Source of the DNA: Planctomycetota bacterium
GTDB taxonomy: Bacteria; Planctomycetota; UBA1135; UBA2386
Direction of reading: 5' to 3'
Length of the DNA stretch: 64,000 bases
Assembly (NCBI GenBank): GCA_044230075.1
Contig: JBGARS010000005.1
Location: 52,799 to 116,798 of the forward strand
Position numbers and translations under genes: made by a program. This document shows, piece by piece, positions 52,851 to 64,000 of the stretch (position 1 is the first letter of the stretch; each line of letters opens with the position of its first letter). The notes beneath the pieces were generated by a model. That model was not told where the DNA came from, searched no databases, and saw only the letters and a program-made list of their open reading frames with translations.

Positions 52851-53441
52851 ATGCTCGAGGCTGTGCACATCCCGTTGTCGACGCAGCCGGTGATGCCGTG
52901 GGCCAACGGTGGCGGCACCACGCGCCAGATCGCGATCGACCCGCCGACTGGTTCCCTGGCCACTGGGTTCCGCTGGCGTGTCAGCACCGCGCAGGTCGCC
53001 CGCGACGGCCCGTTCTCGCGGTTGCCGGGGGTCAACCGATCGATGTGGCTGCTGCGCGGCGCGGGCATGCGGCTCGACGTCGGCGGCCGCGAGGTGCGGT
53101 TGGATCGGCCGCTGCAGCGCTTCGACTTCGCCGGCGAAGTGCACGTCGTCGCGCATCTGATCGACGGTCCGGTCGCCGACCTCAACGTCATGGTCGCCCG
53201 CGATCAGGTGCGCGCCGACGCCGCCTTGCGCGCATTCGCACAGGGCGCAGCGATCGACGTCCAGGCCGGGGCGCCCGCCTTGCTGTGGCTGTTGGATGGC
53301 CGCCTGGCGACGCCTGGTGGCGCGGTCGCGAGTGGCGGCGACGCGTTCCGCCTCGATGGCTCAGAGCCGCTGGTCCTGCGTGCCGAAGCGGCCGGGCGAC
53401 TTCTGGTCGTGCGATTCTCCGGGATCGGTGCACGACCGTGA
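52851..53441 (+). CDS. hutD: HutD/Ves-family protein (196 aa)
   Basis: …[18 protein letters not shown]… (the W-x-NGGG-x-T-x-x-I motif). ATG 52851 is preferred over TTG 52815. Confidence 0.78.
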   Translation: MLEAVHIPLSTQPVMPWANGGGTTRQIAIDPPTGSLATGFRWRVSTAQVARDGPFSRLPGVNRSMWLLRGAGMRLDVGGREVRLDRPLQRFDFAGEVHVVAHLIDGPVADLNVMVARDQVRADAALRAFAQGAAIDVQAGAPALLWLLDGRLATPGGAVASGGDAFRLDGSEPLVLRAEAAGRLLVVRFSGIGARP

Positions 53442-53631
53442 GCTCCGATCATGTCAACATGGCGCGTCAATACACTGTCATGCCAAGATGGCGGTGCCAG
53501 GGTCTCGAACGCGGCCGCACCCGCAATCCCAAACCAACGGTGGCAAAGGGGTAACCACCATCTGGCCGCCGGGCACGTGTTCTGCTCTCGGCGCCGATAC
53601 TCACCGCATCACCCAGCCGAGGAGAACCCAC

Positions 53632-56256
<2,625 letters not shown>

Positions 56257-56354
56257 CGCTGCAGCGGGCTCGGCGACTGGCTGTGGTTGCCATCACGCCT
56301 GACAGCTCGCGAGGGCGCCGGACCGTGGGCCGCCGACTGGTGGCGTCGCCGCCG

Positions 56355-57479
56355 TCAGTCGACGCGGATGGCGACGCCGTTCGACCACGACATGCCGCCG
56401 GGCACGTTCTCGAGGCAGACGTGCTGCACGTGCACCAGCGAGGGCCCGGCCGAGGCCGGCCACGTGAAGCCGAACTGCATCTGCGCCGGCCCCGTCGGCC
56501 CCGACACCATCACGAAGGAGCCGTCGATGCTCGTGTAGAGCGTGCACCCGAGGGTGCCGAACACCGGATCGAGCAGCAACGGCAACGGCACGCCGAGATA
56601 CTGCAGCGAGTCGCCGCCGAAGACGATCAGCCCGACCGAGTTGGCGGCGTGGTTCGTCGACGTCGTGGCCAGGTAGCCGCCGATGTGCGGCGTTCCGGTC
56701 ACCGACAGGACGACCGGTCCATACTCGCCGTCGCAGCCCTGGCCGTACGGCGCGATGTAGGCCCCGAGCGGCTCGATGCCCCGGAAGTCGACGGGGCCGC
56801 CCCCGCCGCCGCTGGTCATCGGCCCGAGCAGGGTCGTTGCGCCGGTCGCCACGTCGACGACGTAGAGCGAGTCGACGCCGGCGCTGTCGCCGCCGCCGAC
56901 CAGCAGTCGGCCATCCGGATGCGAGCACAGCGACTGCAGGTATGGGGGCACGACGCCGCCGGGGAACGGGTCGGTCGCCGCGCCGGTCGTCGGGTTCACG
57001 ACCAGCAGCCCATCGAACACATCCCAGGCGTAGAGCACGCCCTGGTGCGTGGCGAGGCCCTGGATCCCGGTGAACCCGCAGGCGCCGATCGTCGTGACCA
57101 GGCCGTTCGAGGTGTTGATCCGCACCAGCAGATCGGAGCTCGCGCCGTCGCGCACGCCGTACAGGTCGCCGCCGGGCCCCTGCGACAGCCCGCGGATGTC
57201 GTAGCACCCGGAGAAGAACGTGCCCGCGCCGGTGTTCGGATCGACCGTCACCAGCGCGAACGAGGTGCTGGAGAGGCGCTGCACCGACCAGTAGGTGCCG
57301 CTGGCCGAGCGGGCGAGGCAGTTGAGCCCCGCCAGGCCCGACCCGACCGGCACGGTCGCACCGCTGTGCGAGTCGATGCGCACAACCTGGCCGCCCCAGG
57401 CGACGCCGAGCAGGTCCTGGGCCGACACGGGCGCCGCGGCGCAGAGCACGGCGACGAAGAGATCACGGATTGCTGTCAT
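56355..57479 (-). CDS. Secreted beta-propeller repeat protein ending in the shared C-terminal module (374 aa)
   Basis: Met at 57479 gives the signal peptide MTAIRDLFVAVLCAAAPVSAQ. Repeats of the type (L/V)Y(G/A/V)V…L(V)(R/V)(I/V)N…TG…T. C-terminal module at 56358-56747 (…YGQGCDG…GTLGCTLY…WSNGVAIRVD). Confidence 0.75.
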   Translation of the reverse strand: MTAIRDLFVAVLCAAAPVSAQDLLGVAWGGQVVRIDSHSGATVPVGSGLAGLNCLARSASGTYWSVQRLSSTSFALVTVDPNTGAGTFFSGCYDIRGLSQGPGGDLYGVRDGASSDLLVRINTSNGLVTTIGACGFTGIQGLATHQGVLYAWDVFDGLLVVNPTTGAATDPFPGGVVPPYLQSLCSHPDGRLLVGGGDSAGVDSLYVVDVATGATTLLGPMTSGGGGGPVDFRGIEPLGAYIAPYGQGCDGEYGPVVLSVTGTPHIGGYLATTSTNHAANSVGLIVFGGDSLQYLGVPLPLLLDPVFGTLGCTLYTSIDGSFVMVSGPTGPAQMQFGFTWPASAGPSLVHVQHVCLENVPGGMSWSNGVAIRVD

Positions 57480-58150
57480 GGGTCTGCTGGGCCTTTCGGC
57501 CCATCCTCGGTGGAGCGCGCGTCGGCGCTCCCCGGAACAGCGGCAGCGGGCAGCAAACAACACGCGCGGCCGGCGCACCGGCGGCGAAGACGCGGACGCC
57601 GTGGGCCGGGTCGTGGCAGAGCGAGAATGTCCGGGTGGTGACGCCGTCCGTGCAGGTCTGGCGCCACATCATGGCGCCCAGCCAGTGGATCTCCTGGGCA
57701 CCGCTGACGTTGCCGCAGGTCCACGGGCCGTTGCCCTCGTCCGGGATCGCCGGGACCAACTGGCCTTCCCGCACGACCTCGATCCAGTTGCCGGGCGTGC
57801 CGTAGCGTCCCGCAGCGCGGTGGCAACGAAGCCGATCGTGCCGTTGTTGGATCGGATGCTGGCGGTGGTGAAGCTGCCGAATCGCGCCGCGGCGCTGCCC
57901 GAGAAGCCGGTGAGGTCGTTCTCCTGCACGGCCTTGACGTAGCCGGCAGGGCCGCCGAACCAGATGACCTCGTCGTTCGACGCGGTGATGCCTGGGCCGA
58001 CGACGGACCACCCGAAGGCCATTTCCCGGTCGTTGTTCCAATTGGTCGTGCTGCACGAGTTGGCGCCAGTCAACAGGACGGACGAACGGCAAGCAGCCGG
58101 CGCCAAGGGCGGCGGTTGGGCTGTGGCGCTGCGGCAGCACGGGTCACCAT
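57463..58150 (-). pseudogene. Frameshifted or truncated gene fragment with NxxGxxAF-like repeat motifs
   Basis: Two high-GC3 reading frames abut near 57810-57835: …NDREMAFGW…SNNGTIGFVATAL | GRYGTPGNWIEVVREGQLVPAIPDEGNGPWTC…. There is no signal peptide, and the 3' end overlaps the next gene's start by 17 nt. Confidence 0.4.
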
Positions 58151-58281
58151 CGCACGCACGACCCGTCATGTGCGCATGCGACGCAACTGGTCCGCGCAGC
58201 CGTCGCGCCGACCGATGTCCGTCCGACCGCTTGCGATCGTGGGTTCCGATCCACGAACATGGCAGCCTCCGGGCCGCCACC

Positions 58282-58839
58282 ATGTCCACCTGCTTCTCGC
58301 ATCCAGCCGTGCCGCTCGCGATCGCGTGTTGGTTGCCGTCGCTGCGCACGCCGTCGCTGTTGCTCACTGCCTCGCTGCTGTCGGCGGCGCCGGACCTCGA
58401 TGCGTTGGGCTACTTCGCGGGCGTGCCCTACGAGGCATGGTGTGGCCACCGCGGCTGCTCACACTCGCTCGCGTTCGCAGCGCTGCTCGCGCTGCTGCCG
58501 ACCGGGTGGCTCGCGCGCCGGAACGGCGTGCGGTCTCTGCACGTGTTCGCGTTCTTGTTCGCGGCGTCGGCGTCGCATGGACTGGTCGACATGGCGACGA
58601 ACGGCGGCCTCGGCATCGCGGTCTTGTGGCCGTTCGACGCCACGCGCCATTTCTGGCCGGTGCAGCCGCTCGAGGTGCCGCCGCTGGGCATCCGGGTGTT
58701 CTTCTCGTCCTTTGGCATGCGCGTGCTCGCCAGCGAGGCGCTGTGGTTGTGGCTGCCGGCCCTGGTCGTCGGCACGATCGGGCTCAGGGTGCGCCGCCCG
58801 CCGAAGGCATCGGTGCCGGTGGCACCAGCGACCGGGTGA
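58282..58839 (+). CDS. Membrane-bound metal-dependent hydrolase, YdjM/DUF457 family (185 aa)
   Basis: ATG 58282. MSTCFSHPAVPLAIA…GHRGCSHSLAFAALL…HGLVDMATNGGLGIAVLWPF fits the family pattern. Confidence 0.78.
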   Translation: MSTCFSHPAVPLAIACWLPSLRTPSLLLTASLLSAAPDLDALGYFAGVPYEAWCGHRGCSHSLAFAALLALLPTGWLARRNGVRSLHVFAFLFAASASHGLVDMATNGGLGIAVLWPFDATRHFWPVQPLEVPPLGIRVFFSSFGMRVLASEALWLWLPALVVGTIGLRVRRPPKASVPVAPATG

Positions 58840-58975
58840 CGCCCACGCTGTGAGGGGGCCGCGCTACCCGCGAGGTCGGTGCCACCACCGGAGCGGTACC
58901 TGCGCGTCGCCGCGGTGGGGCCAGGGGAAGTGCTGGCGCCGGCCCCGGCCGCGGCGTTTCCGTCACCGGCGCAAG

Positions 58976-59917
58976 TCAGATCACGCGCAAGGCGAGGCCG
59001 CGCGATGCCACGCGACGCACTTCGGCATCGCGCTCCGTGCACAACAGGTCGCGCACGGCCAGTTCGCTGCGCGGCCCCGGCACGCCCAGCAGTACGTCGA
59101 CCGCGGCCGCGCGCACCGTCGCCTCGGGCGACGACAGCCACCGCATCGCGTCGTCGGCGACGCCGGGATCGTGGGCGCTCGCCAGCGACCGCAGCAGAAC
59201 ACACACGCGGTCCGGCGTCGTCGCCCGGCAGAGTTCGTCGCGCAGTCGATCACAGCATTGCCGGTGCAGGTCTGGCTGCGCGACGGCGAGCGCGCCCGCC
59301 GCTCGGGCGAACGCGAGCACCGCTGCGCGAGCCGTGGGCGACTCCGCGTGCGTGTGCAACCAGAGCATGGCCAGCGTCGCCGTCATCGGCTGCGTCACGC
59401 CACCGAGCGCACGCAGCGCGGACTCCCGCAGCGAGGCCGGTGTCGAGTCGGCAGCAACGATCGCACCGAGCGACGCCTGGCATGCCGGGTCACCCATGCA
59501 CTGCATGGCCTGCAGCAGGCGCACACGGGCGCGTGCCGGCCGCGTCGGCAAGAGGATCGAGCTTGCGAACGCTCGCGCCAGGTCGGGCTTCTCACGCAAC
59601 AGATCTCGCAGTGCGACGACCTGCTCCGCTCCGTCGTCGCCGGCATCGAGCGCCCGCACGAGCGCGGCGAGCCGGTCGTCGGCGGTCGCCACCGCAGCTG
59701 CGCCCGCGGGATCGGCTACCGCCACGTCGTCGCGCACCGAGATCCCCTGCACACACTGCTCGCCGGCGATCGGCAACGGGGTGTGCTCGGGCCGCTGCGC
59801 GGGTTCGCCACGGCCCATCGGCGGCGGCATCGGGTCCGCCGTCTGGACGAATGCGGTCGCGACCGCGCACGCCGTCGTGACGGCGATCGCCGCACCGAGC
59901 AACCGGCGCGCGTTCAC
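58976..59917 (-). CDS. Secreted HEAT-repeat-like protein (313 aa)
   Basis: The GTG at 59917 overlaps the upstream stop (GTGA). Signal peptide (LLGAAIAVTTACAVATA). Repeated helical units with …VR..A…LG motifs. Confidence 0.68.
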   Translation of the reverse strand: MNARRLLGAAIAVTTACAVATAFVQTADPMPPPMGRGEPAQRPEHTPLPIAGEQCVQGISVRDDVAVADPAGAAAVATADDRLAALVRALDAGDDGAEQVVALRDLLREKPDLARAFASSILLPTRPARARVRLLQAMQCMGDPACQASLGAIVAADSTPASLRESALRALGGVTQPMTATLAMLWLHTHAESPTARAAVLAFARAAGALAVAQPDLHRQCCDRLRDELCRATTPDRVCVLLRSLASAHDPGVADDAMRWLSSPEATVRAAAVDVLLGVPGPRSELAVRDLLCTERDAEVRRVASRGLALRVI

Positions 59918-61038
59918 GGTTCGAGCACCATGCCGCCGAAGCCGGGGTTGGATGTCGCACTGGCGACACGCACCGCCGCCTTCGTCTGTTGCGGGCCGGT
60001 GAAACCGAGCTGGGCGGCCGAGAACTGCAGCAGGGCCGAGTCGTTGCCACCCGCGTCGCCGCGTTCCGAGTTGACCCAGAGATTGCCGTCGCGGTCGAAC
60101 ACGAGGCCACCCGGCTTGCGCACGGTGCGCCCCGCGGCCGTGTCGTCGACGTCGGCTTCGAGCGACGCGACCGGCAGCACGTCGCGCGTCGCCGCCGCCG
60201 CCGGCAGCGCGACTGCGGCTGCCGCGAACTTCGCGACGTTCAAGCCGTCGTTGCTCGACACCCACAGCGAACCGCTGGCGTCGAAGCGCAGGCCCTCGAC
60301 CAGCGCGAACGCCGTCGAGCGCAGGCGCAATTGCGGCACCTGCAAGCCGCCCGCCGCCAGCTGCGCCGCCGTGAAGACGACGATGGAGTTGTTGGCGACC
60401 GTGCCGCTCGCGTTCGTCATCCAGAGATTGCCGGCTGCGTCGAAGGTGATGTCGGCCGGCAGTTCGAGCCCGGCGGCCTGCACGGTCCGGTTCGGCGTCG
60501 TCGGCCCCGACTCGTCCAGGTTCTCGGGCGTGTACATCTCGAGCTTGCCCGCGACCGCGACCCACAGGTTGCTGTCGCGGTCGAAGGCGAGACCGATGGC
60601 GTTCGCCAGGCTCGTGCCGTCCGTGTCGATGACCACCTGCGGTGCGGGTTGGCCCGAAGCCTGGATCTGCGCACGGCCGTACAGCAGGATGCGCGCGTTC
60701 TGGTTGTCGGTGACGTAGAGGTTGCCCGTCGCGTCGAACGTCGCCGCATTGGGCCGGCTGCCGTTCGGCAGCCGGATGACGATGTCGGGCGCATCGCTGC
60801 GGTCGGTGAGCAGCGACGCGCGGTTCCAGGCGCGCACTTCACCGGCGTTGAAGTTCGGCAGCCACAGCCGCGCGAACGCCGGTACTGGGGCAGGGGTCGG
60901 GATCGGCACGGGCGCCGGCGGGATGATCGCGCCGGGGGCGGCGCCACCGCCACTGCTGCACGCCGCGACCAGGAGCGCGATGGACCACGAGAGGAGGGGA
61001 ATCCGGCGAGGCCGGCGCGAGCGTGAGGAGAATGCCAT
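59914..61038 (-). CDS. NHL/SMP-30-like beta-propeller lipoprotein (374 aa)
   Basis: Met at 61038. Lipobox LLVAACSSG and a Pro-rich linker. Blades are marked by GNLYVTD, SNLWVAV, GNLWMTN, GSLWVSS and GNLWVNS. Confidence 0.75.
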   Translation of the reverse strand: MAFSSRSRRPRRIPLLSWSIALLVAACSSGGGAAPGAIIPPAPVPIPTPAPVPAFARLWLPNFNAGEVRAWNRASLLTDRSDAPDIVIRLPNGSRPNAATFDATGNLYVTDNQNARILLYGRAQIQASGQPAPQVVIDTDGTSLANAIGLAFDRDSNLWVAVAGKLEMYTPENLDESGPTTPNRTVQAAGLELPADITFDAAGNLWMTNASGTVANNSIVVFTAAQLAAGGLQVPQLRLRSTAFALVEGLRFDASGSLWVSSNDGLNVAKFAAAAVALPAAAATRDVLPVASLEADVDDTAAGRTVRKPGGLVFDRDGNLWVNSERGDAGGNDSALLQFSAAQLGFTGPQQTKAAVRVASATSNPGFGGMVLEP

Positions 61039-61247
61039 GGGGACAGAACAGCGACCCTCGCGTGCGTGTTGCAGTTTCCGCAGCGAGCCAGGTCGCGGCA
61101 GGCTGCCCGGGCCAACCCCACGCGGCGGCGGGCGGGGGAATCCTCCGCTGGCGATGTCCGGTCTCGCCAGGAACGTTGCTGACCGACGGGACTCGGCGTT
61201 CCGCTGAGACGGACCCCGATGCGGCACGCCGCGGAACGGCCAGGCGG

Positions 61248-62189
61248 TCATCGATCGACCGAGCGCACGGTCTCCGGGTGCTTCTTCAGTGCCCGCCACA
61301 GATCCGCGTCGGTGCGCTTGTGCACCGAGGCCGTGCGCAGCGCGGCCGCCTCACACACCAGAACCTGCGTCACGTGCTTGCCCTGCTCCGGGCGGCCGAG
61401 CACGCGCTGCGGCGGCATCGGCACCGCGACCGGCTCGCGTGACAGCGCCAGGAACGAGTACGGCAGCGACCGCGAATCGATGCCGAGCGCGCGCGTCGTC
61501 AGCACCCAGTCGCTGTCGGTGAACGCTTCGTTCGGTGGCGCGGCGAAGAAGTGGCACCAGTCGTCCGGCGTCGCGAGTGCGGGGCACTTCGTTGCATGGG
61601 GGCAGGGTGCGACGACGTGGAACGTGCCGAGCATCGTGTCGCGCAGCACCGACACCCGACGCGCGATGTCGCGGCTGCCGGGTTCGACCAGCACCACCCG
61701 CCGACTGCGGTCGATCAGCGCCTGCAGGTGATGTTCGCCGTCGCGGTCGAGTTCGCCCAGCACGTGGCTGATCAGCAGCACGTCGGGGCGCACGTCGTCC
61801 AGGTTGCCGACTGCCTTCGCCGGCGTGCCTTTGCACTGCGCTCGCACCAACTTCGCCGCGAACGTCGCCGCCGTGCGCGAACGATCGTGGCACAGGACCT
61901 CGCGGGCGCCGAAGTGGCGCACGAAGCACCGCGCCGCGATGCCCGAGCCGCAGCCGAAGTCGACCACGACCTCGTCGTCGGCGCGCAGGAGGCCCCGGTC
62001 GCGGCACTCGGCGAGCGCGGCGTCCCACTTCCAGCCGATGCGGGCGCCGAGTACCCTGTCGTAGGCGGCGACATCGGCTTCGTTGCGCCAGTAGTCGGCC
62101 AGCGCGTTGGCGCCGCGATGCTCGTCGAGGAACAGATCGCGCAGGCGGGTGATGCGGGCGATCAGGTCGCGGGATGGTGGCATTGCCAC
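61248..62189 (-). CDS. Rsm22-like class I SAM-dependent methyltransferase (313 aa)
   Basis: SAM motif VVDFGCGSG and a C-terminal Cys cluster (APCPHATKCP…WCHF), as in the Rsm22 family. Confidence 0.78.
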   Translation of the reverse strand: MAMPPSRDLIARITRLRDLFLDEHRGANALADYWRNEADVAAYDRVLGARIGWKWDAALAECRDRGLLRADDEVVVDFGCGSGIAARCFVRHFGAREVLCHDRSRTAATFAAKLVRAQCKGTPAKAVGNLDDVRPDVLLISHVLGELDRDGEHHLQALIDRSRRVVLVEPGSRDIARRVSVLRDTMLGTFHVVAPCPHATKCPALATPDDWCHFFAAPPNEAFTDSDWVLTTRALGIDSRSLPYSFLALSREPVAVPMPPQRVLGRPEQGKHVTQVLVCEAAALRTASVHKRTDADLWRALKKHPETVRSVDR

Positions 62190-62226
62190 AGCATGCCCGA
62201 TGGCACGCGCGCGGTCGCCAGCGGAC

Positions 62227-63324
62227 TCAGCGCGGCGGCAGCAGGTGCTCGGCGTGCAAACGAGCCAGCAGCCGCTCTGCGACCAGCTGATGACCGCGCG
62301 GCGTCAGGTGGATGGCGTCGACGAACAGCGCCTCGTCGCGATGCGCGAGGAACACCGGCAGCAGGTCGAGCAACGGCAGTCCGCGGGCGGCGCAGAGCGC
62401 CGCGAGCCGCGCTTGCGGTTTTTCGGTGTAGGCCCGGTCGCGCAATCGGGACTCGTCGCGCAGTTGGGGTTCGAACGGCACGGCCAGCACCAACAGCGGC
62501 ACCGAGCGGCTCTGCAGCAGTTGGTGCATGGCACCGATCTCGCTGTCGACCAGCGCCCAGCTGTCGTCGCGCCACGCGGCGGCGAAGGCGGGGTCGTGTT
62601 GCCAGGGGAAGGGCCCGCCATGCCCGTGCTCGAGCGCGAACAGCCGCTGGCGCACCTCCAGTGCCAGGTAGCTCCACCTGCACCATCGCGTCCACGGATC
62701 GTCGCCCTCGGGCAACAACGCCCGGCGGGCCTCGGCCGTGATCAGCCAGTGGCCGTCGCCGGCGAGCTGATGCAGGAAGCGGTGGTTGTCGTTGAGACAG
62801 AATTGCAGCACGACGAGGTCGGGCGCGACCGGCTCGCACAAGCACTCGAGGTGGCACCGTTCCTGATGGGTCGTGTAGCCGGGCACGGCCGCGTTGACGA
62901 CGTCGATGTGCGGCTTCGTGGTCGCCGCGAATGCCTGCTGCAGCAGCGCGGCATAGCCGTCGTCGGGCCACGTCACCGAGTCGCCGATCAGCAACAGGCG
63001 ACGCTCGTCGTCGGGTTTCACCACGGCCAGCTCGGCATGCCGGACACCGAGCGAATTGACGCCGGAGCGACCCGGCCGCAGCACGTAGCCGCGCGCGGGA
63101 TCGGGCACGAGCCAGTCGCCGGTGCCGAGGTTGCGCGGTGTCGGCTGCGATTCGAACAGCGATGCGAGGCCGCCGCCGATGCCGTGCTCGCGCCAGATGC
63201 GCACCGCGAGTTCGCCGACGACGAACAGCACGCCGAACACCAGTGCATTCGCCAGCGCGACCTGCAGCCAGAAGCGGGCGCCGCGGCGGCGGCGTGGCGG
63301 CGTGCGGTGCGGTCGTCCTGCCAT
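62227..63324 (-). CDS. Membrane-anchored SGNH/GDSL hydrolase (365 aa)
   Basis: Met at 63324. N-terminal TM segment. Block I LLLIGDSVTW and block V DAIHLTPRGH. Confidence 0.75.
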   Translation of the reverse strand: MAGRPHRTPPRRRRGARFWLQVALANALVFGVLFVVGELAVRIWREHGIGGGLASLFESQPTPRNLGTGDWLVPDPARGYVLRPGRSGVNSLGVRHAELAVVKPDDERRLLLIGDSVTWPDDGYAALLQQAFAATTKPHIDVVNAAVPGYTTHQERCHLECLCEPVAPDLVVLQFCLNDNHRFLHQLAGDGHWLITAEARRALLPEGDDPWTRWCRWSYLALEVRQRLFALEHGHGGPFPWQHDPAFAAAWRDDSWALVDSEIGAMHQLLQSRSVPLLVLAVPFEPQLRDESRLRDRAYTEKPQARLAALCAARGLPLLDLLPVFLAHRDEALFVDAIHLTPRGHQLVAERLLARLHAEHLLPPR

Positions 63325-63335
63325 GCGCAGCCAGC

Positions 63336-64000
63336 CTACTCGCTGCGTGCGCCCGCTGCCGCAAAGCGACCGAACCTGCGGCAAAGCGCCGGCAGCAGCA
63401 GGAAGTTCAGCAACGTCGACGACACGAGGCCACCGAGGATCACCAGCGCCATCGGTCCCTCGATCTCGCGGCCGGCCTCGGCGCGGCCGAGCGCGATCGG
63501 CAGCAGGCCGAGCCCCGTGACCAGCGCGGTCATCACGATCGGCCGCGCGCGTTCGGCGGCGCCGCGTGCGCAGGTGGCGTCGTTCCACGGCTGGCCTTCG
63601 ACGGCGACCAGGTGCTGGAAGTGGCTCAGCAGCATGATCGAGTTGCGCGCGGTGATGCCGAACAGCGTCACGAAGCCGACCGTGGCGCCCATCGACAGCG
63701 GCGTGCCGGTGGCCCACAAGAGCCAGACGCCGCCGACGAACGCGAACGGCAGGTTGACCAGCAGGATCAGCAGGTTCGGCAGGTTGTGCGCGACTGCGCC
63801 GAGGATCAGCAGCGCGACCAGCGCGCACAGGCCGGTGTGCAGCAGCAGTTCGCCGCGGGCGTTTCTGGCTTCGGCGGCGGCGCCCTCGAACACCAGGTAG
63901 CTCGGCGGCGGCAGCACCACGTCCTCGGCGACGCGTTGCTCGGCGTCGTGCACGACGCTGGCGACATCGCGGCCGCGCGCGTTGCAGGTCACGGTCTGCC
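63336..64000 (-). CDS. RND efflux permease, CusA/CzcA-like, C-terminal fragment (continues beyond window end)
   Basis: …GFVTLFGITARNSIMLLSHF…GAAERARPIVMTALVTGLGLLPIALGRAEAGREIEGPMALVILGGLVSSTLLNFLLLPAL… matches the TM10-12 region of HME-RND pumps. Confidence 0.85.
   Translation of the reverse strand, partial: QTVTCNARGRDVASVVHDAEQRVAEDVVLPPPSYLVFEGAAAEARNARGELLLHTGLCALVALLILGAVAHNLPNLLILLVNLPFAFVGGVWLLWATGTPLSMGATVGFVTLFGITARNSIMLLSHFQHLVAVEGQPWNDATCARGAAERARPIVMTALVTGLGLLPIALGRAEAGREIEGPMALVILGGLVSSTLLNFLLLPALCRRFGRFAAAGARSE

Noticed and set aside
53442-53631. CIRCE or sigma32-type heat-shock element upstream of clpB
   Set aside because: There is no TTAGCACTC-N9-GAGTGCTAA-like inverted repeat and no convincing CTTGAA/CCCCAT pair. 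Only weak TCAA-type hexamers occur, at the wrong spacing.

Overview
All calls were made by eye from the sequence and the ORF track; no searches or alignments were run. This is a very GC-rich bacterial chromosomal segment: third codon positions of credible genes are almost always G or C, which produces many long antisense shadow ORFs. The cell envelope looks diderm, given an outer-membrane beta-barrel protein, lipobox lipoproteins, an MsbA-like exporter and an RND pump fragment. I call about 55 genes. I found no rRNA, tRNA, CRISPR array, integrase or transposase. Confident housekeeping genes are serA, proS, carA, larB, tsaD, an S41 protease, dacB, ispD, ispF, ruvC, nadC, purB, PFOR with a DHOD-like partner, clpB, and an RluA-family and a SpoU-family RNA-modification enzyme. 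Signalling genes include a REC-HK-REC hybrid kinase with an HDOD protein, a sigma54-type activator, a membrane Ser/Thr kinase with an FGE-like ectodomain, and an RsbW-like kinase. Most of the remaining genes encode secreted or lipoprotein repeat and propeller proteins. The observations most worth a second look are: (1) one C-terminal module of about 120-140 aa closes five otherwise unrelated secreted repeat proteins; (2) a ParE-type toxin-antitoxin cassette sits between two diverged copies of a gene's 3' end; (3) an Rpn (YhgA-like) nuclease gene is split by a frameshift and an in-frame TGA, leaving its C-terminal domain as a free-standing ORF; (4) an uncharacterised four-gene envelope operon lies divergent from a SurA-like chaperone and an ABC exporter; (5) an orphan FlhG/MinD-type ATPase is translationally coupled to a degenerate nuclease-fold protein and a ComEA-like protein; (6) an orphan carrier protein looks circularly permuted; (7) a LarB N-terminal motif recurs inside the S41 protease of the same operon. 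Start codons are often GTG or TTG inside 4-nt NTGA overlaps, so several starts differ from the ORF track.
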